A DNA stretch of 64,000 bases from Massalongia carnosa (lineage: Eukaryota), in contig OZ287075.1 in the NCBI GenBank assembly GCA_965645245.1, forward strand, positions 1,736,001 through 1,800,000, read 5' to 3'. Position 1 is the first letter of the stretch; each line of letters opens with the position of its first letter. Positions 11,969 through 23,146 of this stretch are shown here, piece after piece. The position numbers were made by a program, and so were the translations under genes. Under the pieces are notes generated by a model. It made no database searches and had not been told where the DNA came from. It saw nothing but the letters and a program-made list of their open reading frames with translations.

Positions 11969-13231
11969 GTATGTGTGCCTTCGAGGTGACGAATATCAGT
12001 AGAGACGTTGATCGTTCAAATGGCCACCGAGGTGGACTTCCGCGTTGGCGATGATCAGATATTGGCCACCTCCGAGGAGGTGTTGGTAGCCTGCACCACG
12101 TAGAGGTTTCTGACCCAGCAGGCCGGGGTAAAGGTGTGATGAATAATAGCTTAGGGGGAGGGTGAAGAAAGAGAGGGAGAGTGGGTGTGTGTGTGGGAAT
12201 CCCCACTCCTTCGTTCACATATTCCCCCGGTTTTGCAAATATCTAGGTTATGTAGTTTTATTGAATTGGTTTGGAAAAGGGTCCTTTCTTTTTTTTTTAA
12301 AAAAAACACCCGGTGTAGCAAATTAATCAATCAATCAACCAGTCAACCAGTCAATCGGTTAAGTAACCAACCCCCCATCGGAACCACCGCACAGGCTGAA
12401 AAGCCCCAATCTCCAAGCCGATTGCACACGCTCATTCTCATAGTTAGTTAACTACGGATAGGTCGAAAAGTGATGGGTACGAATTTGCAATCGAGCAACA
12501 CGCTAACTTACTATGGCGGGCGTCTAAACAGAGGGGAAATTGACATATACATTTGTTACGTATCACGACCATTTCCCTATAAGTAGTTAACTAATTATTT
12601 CTTTTGACTCCAAAATTTTTCTCCCCGCCCGGGCAGAAAGAAGGAATCATTTCCCATGTAGTCCCAAGAATTCCTGTTAAAATTCTTCCCCTCATCACTT
12701 GCATAAAAGCGCCCCGTTGGAAAAAGATTCAAGGACGACACAATCCGATGATTAAAAGCTAAGGCCGGAGTTTTCGGGACGAAATCAGAGCGATAATTGC
12801 GCAAGGTGGGGAAATTTAATAGATGATCGTAGCAACACTAATCGCACATATGGTCACATGCGGGTAGCCCTGCCGGTCTTGTGTTAGACCCATCCACCAG
12901 AGGAATAATCCTCTCAAAGTCTTCCAGACCTGGGAGCAAAAAATCCAGTACTTGCCATACTCGGAGCGGATTTCCGGTGGCCCCCTGCAGCAGAGGAATT
13001 CGGGGATATCGGGTCTTTGCAGCCGTCTAGGTTGTAATCCGTTTGTCGGTCGATGGCGCCTGGCGCTTCGTTTGGCAAGCTAGGTTGGGTTTTGGTGGCG
13101 TTATTTGCTTAGTTGGTGCTTGGACTGCCTCGCGCATTATCTAGGGCAGATTTTTTTAGGCGTGGCGCTGTTGCCGTCGTCATTGATGGTATCCTGTAGG
13201 CTTTGTTTCTTCCGGGGGTACATCGCGTTGG

Positions 13232-13600
13232 TCATGGCGCCTTAACAGAGGCAGCGCCTGCTATGACTAGAAATCCGGTAAGAACGAAGATAGGTCCGTC
13301 TAAATCGACTTCATTCAGAATGACTGTATCGTCGAGGCTGGAGGATTTCTGGTTGAAATCAAACGATTCGGCAAACTCTCCGATATCGCGGTTGGGCATA
13401 GGTAAAATATAAAGAGAAAAAGGTTTACTTAGGATCGTTACGTCCGCAGCGACCAGGGCGAAAGCTCCTAAGTACGACTGCGAGCCCATTGAAGAATATA
13501 AGGGAAATGGTTCTGATTCAGCGGGTTTTTGCGGTAGCAAATATGCAATTATAGTCGCAGGAAACATTACAAGGAATGCAGCAAAGGAAGACAAAAGCAT
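13232..13600 (-). CDS. Putative small secreted protein, probably the 5' part of a frameshifted longer gene extending to about 12900
   Basis: Signal-peptide-like MLLSSFAAFLVMFPATIIA. Downstream minus-strand frames continue with protein-like sequence that includes GCKDP and EFLCCRGPP near 13020-12975. Confidence 0.4.
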   Translation of the reverse strand: MLLSSFAAFLVMFPATIIAYLLPQKPAESEPFPLYSSMGSQSYLGAFALVAADVTILSKPFSLYILPMPNRDIGEFAESFDFNQKSSSLDDTVILNEVDLDGPIFVLTGFLVIAGAASVKAP

Positions 13601-14899
13601 GGCGACAAAACAACAAAATGAAATGCGGTTGCTTGATCAAACTTGATTTATTTTTATGGGAATCCCAGTCACCACGATCTTGATTTGTATAAAAACTCGA
13701 AGCAGCATAGCTCGTGATACCTTCAAAGTATGATATACTTAGCTGTAAGCAAGCCGAGAAGACTGGACAAAACATTCTCAAGCTTTACGTTAAAAACCCC
13801 CGAGACAGCAAAAGACATAACGGAACTACAGAAACTGCGACACAACCCCAGGTCTTGATACAAAGTACTTCTTGGGCGTTAAAGAACATGATCTGGTGAT
13901 ACGTAAGATTTCCAAAAGGTTTAGACACGGAAAGCGAAACCATCAGTGAGCCCGAAAAAGCTAAAGTAAGTCTTAGTTACTGTGGTTCAGCTTGCACTGA
14001 GCAGCAAATCAGATTGCTTTCTTCCTTTGGGATACTCCGGTAGGACGACTTGAGTCCGTGCTGTTCTCAACGGACGTGTGATCAGCGTTATTCATTTTTG
14101 CGAGACGGAAAGTATATATAGAAATAAGCAAATCTCTATCATGAGAGGGGAAAGCTAGGAGGGGTCCGTGATACAATAAGAGTTAACCTCAAAGGCGCAG
14201 AGCAGTAACTACAGTGAGCCAAACTCATTTATTATCATAATAGGTTCGATTCTTGTCAGCGCTAGCCCAATGGTGAGGTGGTAGTTTTGTTTTCGACTAC
14301 ATCTGCTGAGAAACCGATGGTGAATTCTATGACTAAGAAATTTATTACTATTGAAACTAAAGACATATGGACGCCTTCCTTCAGGTGAAAGGGAGGGTGG
14401 TTTATTTGAACCCTTATTTGATGACGGGGTTAAGATCAGTACAATCAACAAATCAACGATGAATATGAAGACTCTTTTCCACAAACGCCCATGTACCATA
14501 TGTGCACTTACAGGAGCGGGTAGCAACAAGAGAAATCAACATCATCAGTGCTGGCACCGAAACGTTGAGCTTATGACGGCGGTCGTGTAGCCTTGTGAAT
14601 GCGGTAATGAGTAGAGAAACTACGGTGCTCTATACTAGCACTGCCGTGCTATGTAGGTATTTCCTACTTGATATTTAGTGATGGGAAGAATGGATAAGGA
14701 TACTGGCTAGTGCGTGGCGACTTGGATAACATATATGGCTCTGTATATCTTTACTTCGGGCGTACTTTTAGTCCACCTGACAATACAGGCGGCCATGAGC
14801 ATGAGGAAGGTGATGTAGTTTTGTCCGAAACGGAGTGAAGAATTCGAATAAGCTGACTAGGATGTCGTTTTTTAATGTATTTCTTATCTTCATTCCATT

Positions 14900-15690
14900 C
14901 GGCATATTTGTTGTTTCAAAATTTCATCGAATATGTGTTTGGAATTCTTTGACAAATGGGATTATTTTCAGCTATTGTCAATAATCGAATTGCGTATTTT
15001 TGATTTTTCATTATTAATCGAAGATTGACTAGTAAAATATGTGATTCGATTTCCATAGCCTGAATCGGTGTACATAGTTTTAAATGTTCCCAGTATTTTT
15101 CGAATCATTCGATTTTGCAACTTAGTTATTTCATATACGTACACGGCGAGGCCATGTATAGCCAACAGCCCCCCGTTCGTGTAACAAAGGAGCACTCTGG
15201 GATGCCTAGAAACCAACAAGGCCCTCACTTAACCCTTTTCTTGATTCATTAGGTCTGTGACGAAGCGAGATAGTGAATAGATTTCTACCATTGCGCCACC
15301 TGCCCTCCCGACCAAAAGGCACAATACTTAGTCCGCAGACCAAGCTCTATTTTACTATAACTGGGACTCCTGCTATGTTCGCTATAGGTCCTGCCGTCCG
15401 CACCACGCATGGTCGAACCGTTACAAGGTCAAATCTTTTTCGGGGTATGCGCCCTGGCCAATTTCAGGTTCTAGAGGCGCACTTTCGACCTCGGTGATTG
15501 GGAAGATTTATCAACATGCTTCAAATGCTCATCATACTACTCCTTCAACCAATCATTTTAGGGTTGCTTGACAAAATGGTTGGCTCTGTTCTTGCTGGGC
15601 TTGTAGCCACGAGTATCAATATTCCATTTGGGCGTTTTATGTATTAGCGATTAAATAGCTAGTTTGCTCTTTATTGACGCCTAGTTTTAA
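14900..15690 (-). mobile_element. Degraded LINE ORF2 remnant (post-RT region)
   Basis: KLQNRMIRKILGTFKT aligns with MQNKCLRTVAGAFKAT of the LINEs at 50-58 kb. Many stops; boundaries are approximate. Confidence 0.55.
15256..15425. mobile_element. Solo LTR (family 1, 170 bp)
   Basis: TGTGAC...GTTACA termini, 5-bp TSD AGGTC on both sides, and a near-identical copy at 32301-32470. Confidence 0.93.
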
Positions 15691-15700
15691 AGCAAGGGTA

Positions 15701-17321
15701 CTCGTACCTGGCCCGCTTCCTGTCGATTCACCAATACTACGCAGGTTGACACGAAAAGTCATTGGTAGCGTGCATTAGTGCTGTTTTAGCGTCATGCAGA
15801 AAGAACGTTAACAATTCAATAGGGGTTTCTTATAGATATTATACACTTTGACCTGTGCAGCATCTTTTATTTATCAAATACCATCAAGTAAAATTTTATG
15901 TGCTTCAAATCATGACATCACGAACTCAGAACAGTCTGACCATTGGTCCAAATTTACAAGCATTATCTTTGATTGAACATGGCATAACAGCCAAAGTCGT
16001 TCAATCAGTCACCGGAGTCTCCATTCAGTCTATCAGCTATCTCAAACGCAAGGCACGAGATCGAGGATATGATCCCACTGTTTCGCGAATACTAAAGGTA
16101 GAATACGTGCAAGATGCACCTCGTTCAGGACGTCCTCTCAAAGTGACGCCTGAGATAGAACAGGCCATTTTAAATAACGTTCGTCATGATCGAAATAGTA
16201 GAGAAAAATCTTCAGCCGTTTTAGGATATGAACACGGAGTTTCATCTTCAACTATCCTCAATGTTCTTCGACGCAATAATTTTCGTTCCTACAAAACTAC
16301 CATGAAACCGGGCCTTGATTCAGCAATGAAAGAAGCTCGATTACACTTTTATTTGCGCTATCGTCACTAGACTCTCGATGATTGGAAGAATGTTATATGG
16401 AGCGATGAAACCAGTGTCGTGTTGGGCTCTCGACGAGGACGAAGACTTCAATGGCGAACTCCAAACGAAAAATATGCTCAAACATGCATCCGACGTAGAT
16501 GGAAAGGATGTTCCGAGTTCATGTTTTGGGGGTTTTTTCGTATAAAAAGAAAGGTCCTTTTCATATATGGAAGCCGGAGAGAGCAGCAGAAAAACACGCC
16601 GCTCAGAAAGAAGTTGACAAAATCAATGAGGCACTGGAGCCTCTAGCGAAAGAAAATTGGGAATTGGAAACGGGGATGAAACGAATGGGACTGCGTACCA
16701 AAGGAGGCCGAAAACCGGCCTGGAGATGGGACGAAAAGCATAAAAAAGTGGTCCGAAAAGGCAAAGGAGGCATCGACTGGTATCGTTATCAAAAGATCAT
16801 TCTTCTTTCCAAACTTCTACCGTTTGCCAAAGAATGTATGAAAGATCGTCCCGATACTATTGTATAGAAGGATAAGGCTCCCGGTCATGCTTTTAAACAT
16901 CAAAACCTCGTCTTCATGGATGCGGGAGTCTTGCGTTCGTTTATTATGGCCGGGTAATTCTCCCGATTTGAACGTGATCGAGCAATGTTGGTCCTGGATT
17001 AAAAGAAAAACCACACGAAAAGGAGCACCTCGAAGTCGCATAACGGCTGCCAAAACATGGACTCAGTGTGTAACAGGGGTGGTAATAAGTCACCTAAGCC
17101 ACTGAGCCAAAAGGCTACTATGGTAGTTCTCCTATGGAGACACTACCGCTTATTACACTACATATAGGTGCCCCGCGCCTGGTACGTCACCGTACCTACT
17201 TAGGCGCTCATGTATTGCGCCCGCTGGCTAGCAGTACTGAGTACCGCTGCAACAAGTGTTGGACAAAAAGTCTGAAACAAAAACAGGTTCAGCACTGGAT
17301 AGAACGAATTCCACGACATAT
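15701..17321 (+). mobile_element. Tc1-family DNA transposon, 3'-truncated, with transposase pseudogene (ATG 15912)
   Basis: DAPRSGRP, VIWSDE, MFWG and WPGNSPDLNVIEQCW motifs. In-frame TAG stops (16368, about 16865) and frameshifts. The left end is inferred from TA|CTCGTACC; no right TIR was found. Confidence 0.85.
17069..17254. mobile_element. Solo LTR (family 2, 186 bp) inside the Tc1 transposase
   Basis: TGTAACA...TGCAACA termini and 4-bp TSD AGTG. Removing it restores ACT CAG TGT TGG ACA (TQCWT). Confidence 0.88.
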
Positions 17322-17637
17322 CCCTTCGTGCCGCGGTAACTCATCCACCCCAAAAGGGTTTAATGCATTACCGTAGGGCTGAGGGACGAACATCAAAATA
17401 TTTACCTTTTCATTGTGTGGTAAACATCTGAATATCAATGTTTCACCTGATTATTCCCATTCATCATGCGAGGTATTGAGATAGAGGTTCCGGACCAATC
17501 AGACGTAGTACCATCTGAAATATTAAATCAACAAAAAGGAAAGCAGAAGCTCAGTGTTGACGAAATAACTAAATCTTTACCTCCTCTAAATACTCCCCTA
17601 TTTTTGTGCCAGATTGAAAGCCCGAAAAGCATGCTTG

Positions 17638-17838
17638 TGTTATGGTCTACCTAGAACTAGTCTATAGGGACACTGGAAACGAAAACAATCAAGATGAAGA
17701 AGAAAAGAACAATCGAAAGACAAATCTCGCCTATATAGCTTGTTCCGCTTATGTCAGCCTAAACTCGTCGAGAGTTAGATCCGAAGTAGCTAGGTCGATA
17801 GTCTGGTACCGAAAGTAGTGTCGAGTAAAACCGTGACA
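17638..17838 (-). repeat. 3' LTR of the Ty3 element (201 bp)
   Basis: Direct repeat of 23147-23331. Confidence 0.95.
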
Positions 17839-17899
17839 CTACCCCTGCTTTAGATCGCGAGTCACCTGACCGCGATAATGGCCGCGTTATCTCCGCTTC

Positions 17900-18171
17900 C
17901 GATGTGGTTAGTGCGACTATCGCGTTTTCGAAACCTCCGGCATCATACCATGTCAGGTCTTCGTCAATTCCCTTCCATTTGACCTTGTATTGCACCTTTC
18001 GGTACCGCTTTCGGGAGTCCAGAATGTCATCAAGTTCCCATTCTTCGCTACCTTCTACGACTATGGGTGGCGGTGGCTCGTTTATCTGGCCTGGGAGTGG
18101 GTCGTCTGAAGCTTTTCGAAGCAAGCTGTATGGAAGACATCGTGAATTTTCATAGATGGTGACAGTTCTAG
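17900..18171 (-). pseudogene. Integrase C-terminus and chromodomain, disconnected from pol by a TAA and a frameshift
   Basis: KIHDVFH..LLRKA..DPLPGQ..PPPPI and EEWELDDILDSR..KVQYKVKWKG...TWY. Confidence 0.88.
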
Positions 18172-21006
18172 TTAACAGGATGACCCTACTAACTTCTTGA
18201 CTCGATAGGGTCCGATCATCTTATGGTCCAATTTCTTGGACGTTCGTTCTGTCTTGATATTTCTGGTTGACAACCATACCATGTCGCCTACTTCATATGA
18301 CACGTCTCTTCGGTGTCGGTCAGCTGCTGTTATTTGCCTCTCTTGGGCCTTTCCCATATTTTGCTTGACGTAGCTCCAGATTTTCTTCATGTCCTCGGTA
18401 ATCGCTCGGGCTTTTTCATTGGCTAGCCTTTCCCTTGTTGACTCTGACGACAGTTCGGATGGGTCGAAACTCATCCTCGGTTCATAACCCTTCGTGGCCA
18501 TGAATGGTGACAGTCCAGTGGTGGCCGATGGTGCGCTGTTTGCGGCAAATTCCGCCATTGGAAGAAGGTCCGCCCAGTCGTCCTGGTTATAGTTCACGAA
18601 ACTCCGAAGGTGACGTTCCATTTCCTGATTCGCGATTTCACTTTGTCCGTCTGTTTCTGGATGGTAGGCTGTGGACAATTTCGCTGTGATTCCAAGGATT
18701 TTACACCAGGCTTTCCAAACTGTTGATGTGAATTGAGGGCCCCGGTCCGATACTATACTGCTTTGGAGGCCATGATAGCGCCATACATTGTCCACTAGCA
18801 GTTTGGCTGTGGCCTCAGACGTAGTTCCTTCTTCATCACATGTGCATGGGATGTAGTCTCTTTCTTTGGACAGTCGGTCCACTACCATCAGTATGGCGTC
18901 ATTTCCATTGCTCTTTGGGAGGCCAGTGACATAGTCTAGGGTGATGTCCATCCATGGTCTTTCCGGTATGGGTAGCGGTTTCAGCAGTCCATTATACTTG
19001 TCCCGTGGGGCCTTGGCTCGTCGACACACATGGCAATTTCGCACATAGCGACGTGTGTCCTTGTTCATGCCTGGCCAATAGTAGTTCCGGCCGATTATAT
19101 TCACCGTTCTGGCCATTCCGGGGTGTCCTACCGCCACTTGGTCGTGAATTTGCCGAATAACCTCTAGGATGGTTTCTTTCTTGTCTGGCACCCATAAGCC
19201 CTTTCGTTTGTATAGCAGTCCGTTCTTCTCGGTACAGTTCTTTATGTCCGGTAGGGAGTCGTCATCAGTGCTTCCTTCCTTTATCGCGTTCCGAATCCGG
19301 GTGCAGAGTTCGTCTTCGAGGTTTTCCTGTTTGATTCTTTCATCGAGTGTCGGGAGTTCGGGGTCGGGTTCATCGTTCGGCGTCATTTCTTCTGGTTCCG
19401 TCGCTTCTTCAATGGGTTGAAGTTCCAGTCTTTCCGGGGGTAGTAACGTCTGCAGTTGGTGTTGTTGTCTTTCATCATCATCGTCCTGGGGTTTATCGTT
19501 TGGCCTTCGAGTCAACGCGTCCGCTTTTTCATTTTTCTTTCCAGGCCGGTAGGTGATGACGAAATTGAACTCCGAAAGGAACTCCGCCCATCGGGCTTGC
19601 CGTCTAGTCAGTTTCTTCGTGGTCATAAAATACTCCAGGCTACGGTGGTCGGTGAAGATTTTCACTGGTAAATCCGTGCTTTCGAGTTCCGGCTTCCATT
19701 GTTCAAAGCATCGAATGATTGCTAGCAGTTCCTTGTCATAGATTTCGTAGTTGCATTCCGCTGGACTCATGTTTTTCGAAAAGAAGGCTACCGGGTGTAG
19801 TTCTCCGTCGTCTCCTATCTGGGACAACACACCTCCATTGACATGGTCCGAGGAGTCCGTTTCCAAGTAGCACTGCTTGTTCCGGTCGAAATGTATTAGG
19901 ATTGGGGCCTCACCGATCCGTTTCTGTAGCGTCCTGAATGCCTTTTCACATGCTGGAGTCCATTCGAATATCCGTTCTTTCTTTGTCAGGGCGTTCAATG
20001 GTTTGGCAATTTTTGAAAAACCCCTGATAAACCGACGATAGAAGTTGCAAAAGCCAATGAACGACCGAACCTCACGTAGGCAGGTGGGGGTCTCCCATTC
20101 CTGAATAGACTTGATCTTGGCCGGGTCCATACGAATGCCATCAACTCCTATGATCAGTCCCAGATATTTCGTTTCCGTCACATGGAATCCACATTTGTCT
20201 ACGTCAGCCTGAAGTCCAGCCTCTCTGAGCTTAGTCAAAACGGTCCGCACGTGTTCTCGATATTCTTTCAGGTTTTTGCTATATATTAGGATGTCATCTA
20301 AGTAAGCCGTGCAGAATTTGTCCAGGTAGTCAAACAACACATCATTGATGAAGTGCTGCCAGGTCGACGGTCCTCCGGAAAGTCCAAACGGTAATACCTT
20401 GTATTTATAGGCACCAAAACGGGAGTTGAACGTGGTCAGGTCTTCGGATTCCATGGCCATTCGGAGCTTGTGGAACGCCTGTCGGATGTCGATTTTTGAG
20501 AAGATCTTAGCTTCCTTCAGTTGGGCCAGTGTTTCTTCAATCAACGGAATTTGGTAGCGGTCTTTCTTTGACAGCTGATTCAGCCTTCTATAATCGACAC
20601 AAAAGCGAAGTCCTCCATTGGGCTTTCTGGCCAAAAGGATTGAGGACGAACAGGCTGCGTGACTAGCCTCAATGAACCCTTTTCGAAGGTTGTCTTCCAG
20701 GTATTTCTTGACGAATTCCAGTTCTTTTTGGGACATGCTTCTGAGAGGGCTATGTCCGTGGTCTTTTCCGCCTTCCAGAATAATTCGATGATCATAGGAA
20801 CGGTGAGGTGCCAGCGTGTCGGATGTATCCTTCGAGAAGACATCCAGAAATTCATGGTAATCCGGGGGAACTACGGTCTTTGGATCAGTAGGGGGACGGT
20901 CTTCTTTATTCAGCTGATACTCGATGTCTTTCAATGATATGGAAAATAACTTGACGCCCTTTTGTTTGGATAATAATCGGCATGCAGCAGCCCCTATCAT
21001 CGTCAT
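18172..21006 (-). CDS. Pol: reverse transcriptase, RNase H, integrase
   Basis: LRFCVDYRRLN, AYLDDILIYS, NYEIYDKELLAI, H..H..CHVC zinc finger, SDRGPQF and HPETDGQSE. Confidence 0.95.
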   Translation of the reverse strand: MTMIGAAACRLLSKQKGVKLFSISLKDIEYQLNKEDRPPTDPKTVVPPDYHEFLDVFSKDTSDTLAPHRSYDHRIILEGGKDHGHSPLRSMSQKELEFVKKYLEDNLRKGFIEASHAACSSSILLARKPNGGLRFCVDYRRLNQLSKKDRYQIPLIEETLAQLKEAKIFSKIDIRQAFHKLRMAMESEDLTTFNSRFGAYKYKVLPFGLSGGPSTWQHFINDVLFDYLDKFCTAYLDDILIYSKNLKEYREHVRTVLTKLREAGLQADVDKCGFHVTETKYLGLIIGVDGIRMDPAKIKSIQEWETPTCLREVRSFIGFCNFYRRFIRGFSKIAKPLNALTKKERIFEWTPACEKAFRTLQKRIGEAPILIHFDRNKQCYLETDSSDHVNGGVLSQIGDDGELHPVAFFSKNMSPAECNYEIYDKELLAIIRCFEQWKPELESTDLPVKIFTDHRSLEYFMTTKKLTRRQARWAEFLSEFNFVITYRPGKKNEKADALTRRPNDKPQDDDDERQQHQLQTLLPPERLELQPIEEATEPEEMTPNDEPDPELPTLDERIKQENLEDELCTRIRNAIKEGSTDDDSLPDIKNCTEKNGLLYKRKGLWVPDKKETILEVIRQIHDQVAVGHPGMARTVNIIGRNYYWPGMNKDTRRYVRNCHVCRRAKAPRDKYNGLLKPLPIPERPWMDITLDYVTGLPKSNGNDAILMVVDRLSKERDYIPCTCDEEGTTSEATAKLLVDNVWRYHGLQSSIVSDRGPQFTSTVWKAWCKILGITAKLSTAYHPETDGQSEIANQEMERHLRSFVNYNQDDWADLLPMAEFAANSAPSATTGLSPFMATKGYEPRMSFDPSELSSESTRERLANEKARAITEDMKKIWSYVKQNMGKAQERQITAADRHRRDVSYEVGDMVWLSTRNIKTERTSKKLDHKMIGPYRVKKLVGSSC

Positions 21007-21084
21007 CTCTAGCGGCTTTTCCTCGATGGTCGGTTGAACCTTGGTTCCGGAGTCTGATGGTCCCTTGTCCGACGTCGTCTTGGT

Positions 21085-21687
21085 TCAAATTGCCGGTTCT
21101 GGCCTGACTTTTCCAGGTTCGTTTTGATTCGTTCTGGTCAGGATTTTCACGACCTTCTTCGGTTCAGCGGGTTCTTTTGTCGTCTTCGTTATCTTCTTTT
21201 CTGGTGATGGCTTCGATATACCCGAATGCGTGCAGTGTCCGGGCCAAAAGACTGTCTGGTCGGTAGCCATGTCTATGATCACCCCGTGCTTCCTCATCCA
21301 TGGTTTTCCGAGAATCATCTTGTGTTGTCCTAGCTTGGTGATCAACAGGGGTGCGACCGTTTCCATATGGTCTTGCACGGTCAGGGTAGGATAGATGGCA
21401 TGGGTAATATCTTTGCCTCTTTTACCATCGAACCCTTTCACTGGTTTCGGTCGTGTTAGTCTCTGAGGGGAAATCTGAAGCTTTTCGCAAACTTCACGCG
21501 CAGTCGTTTCATCAATAAAAGCGTGTCCTGTTGCACCCGTGTCCAACAGTCCCATTACTTTTATTTCTTCGCTGTTACCTAGCCTACATTGTATGACTAG
21601 AGGTTCATCCGTAAACAAATCACCTGGTAAACAGCTAGATGAAATCAACAAAGGTTCACCTCCATCCGCGCCTTTGGTGGAGGTCAT
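21085..21687 (-). CDS. Pol N-terminus: aspartic protease (frameshifted from RT)
   Basis: LLDTGA catalytic motif and ILGKPW. Confidence 0.9.
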   Translation of the reverse strand: MTSTKGADGGEPLLISSSCLPGDLFTDEPLVIQCRLGNSEEIKVMGLLDTGATGHAFIDETTAREVCEKLQISPQRLTRPKPVKGFDGKRGKDITHAIYPTLTVQDHMETVAPLLITKLGQHKMILGKPWMRKHGVIIDMATDQTVFWPGHCTHSGISKPSPEKKITKTTKEPAEPKKVVKILTRTNQNEPGKVRPEPAI

Positions 21688-22936
21688 TCTTTTCCCGAAT
21701 CGACTTCCTCAGCGATTTCCTGAATTCTCGCTGGCCGATTCTTCTTCTTTCGCAGTCCCTGGATAAATGTCCCGTCTCTTTGCAAAAGAAACAACGACAT
21801 TCCCTTGTCAGTCGCTCCTTTTCCTCGTCCGACATGTAGTAAGTGGTCCTTGGTGTAGAGGGGTTGGGGGTCGGGCGGGGCGGCACGTAGGTCTTGGTGG
21901 TGGTCGTTGTGGTTGTCCTCGTGGCGGAGGTGCTCGGGGTGCTCTGAGTCAAGCTAGCACGTTTCTCGGCGAAACGTTCCATGCTGGCTTTACTACGGTC
22001 CGACTCCTTGAGGCTCTGATAAAGGCGTTGCCACTTCTGCGCAAATTCGTATAGATCGGTTGGTTCCTGGTCACCGGTGGCCAATTGTCTGCTCATTTCC
22101 CAAGAGAGCTTGTACTTCAATTCACCGATTGGCGTTTCCTCGTTATGGTCCAATTCAGCTGCTAGACGTTGGAATTCGGCCCAAAAGGTGTTGAAGTCCT
22201 TGCTTCCTTGCTTGAGTGTCCGGAAGTTGTTCATGGCGGTCCGCTTTCGGTTAGGGTCGCCGTATATGCGTTCTAATTGGTCGAACATTTCCTCGGCCGT
22301 CGTGAAGGGTCTGATGGCACCTTTACGAAGTCGAGGTTCGAGGTGCCTCATAGCTTCGCCACCAACTCGGTTCTCCACGTATGCCTTCTTTAGGACTTCT
22401 GTCGGCATGTGGTCGTCATTGGCCGCTAGTTTGCTCCGCATCTTCGTCAGCCAATGGTCAATGGAGATATCTTTTCCATCGGTAAAGATGGGTGGGTCAG
22501 GGAGTTTCATGGACTTCTTCTTGTCCGTTCCGTCGGTCGCTTGGGTGCTGGGTGTGTGAGAAGGAGAGCGAGGGCGTGATGGTTCTCGAGTTGGTTCACG
22601 TGTTGGTGCCTCGGTGGCCTGGCGCCGTGCCCCCCTAAGTTCCTCCTTCTGGTAATCCACAATTCCCCCTAGCTGGTTTATCCTATCTTGAAAGCGTTCC
22701 ATCTTTCCGACCGCGTTACCATGGCGGATGAGATTGTCGAGGTAGGTGGTCTTCAGGTCCTGAAACATGACGGATACCGCTTGTGGGTCATGCTTCATCC
22801 ATGCCTTCAATTGTCTAAGGTTTTCAATCATCATAGGTTCGGCTACTTCTAGTTCGTCGTCAGTTTCTCGGGTTTCTGGAATGATGGACTCTCGTCTAGT
22901 TGGGAGGTCATCTTCGATTATCGTGGGTCGCGCCAT
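21656..22936 (-). CDS. Gag with CCHC zinc knuckle
   Basis: KLPDPPIFTDGK, LKQG..F..F and CFFCKETGHLSRDC. The last ~30 codons are probably frameshifted (ancestral end ...DSGKE*). Confidence 0.92.
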   Translation of the reverse strand: MARPTIIEDDLPTRRESIIPETRETDDELEVAEPMMIENLRQLKAWMKHDPQAVSVMFQDLKTTYLDNLIRHGNAVGKMERFQDRINQLGGIVDYQKEELRGARRQATEAPTREPTREPSRPRSPSHTPSTQATDGTDKKKSMKLPDPPIFTDGKDISIDHWLTKMRSKLAANDDHMPTEVLKKAYVENRVGGEAMRHLEPRLRKGAIRPFTTAEEMFDQLERIYGDPNRKRTAMNNFRTLKQGSKDFNTFWAEFQRLAAELDHNEETPIGELKYKLSWEMSRQLATGDQEPTDLYEFAQKWQRLYQSLKESDRSKASMERFAEKRASLTQSTPSTSATRTTTTTTTKTYVPPRPTPNPSTPRTTYYMSDEEKERLTRECRCFFCKETGHLSRDCERRRIGQREFRKSLRKSIREKNDLHQRRGWR

Positions 22937-23146
22937 CGCTGTAGGGAAGGCTTCCTTCGGTTCTTCTAGGTTCGGTTCAGTTCGGTTCGGTTCGTTGCCA
23001 ACGCAGTGGCGGTCTCTGGTTCTTCTGGTTTCGTTTCGGTTCGTCGTTTGAGTTCTGGTACAGTTCGGTTCGGGGTCTTCTTGGTTCAGGTGAGTTCTTT
23101 TATATCCCTCACGTAGGATAGCAAAGGTAAGTGATATTGATTGTAA

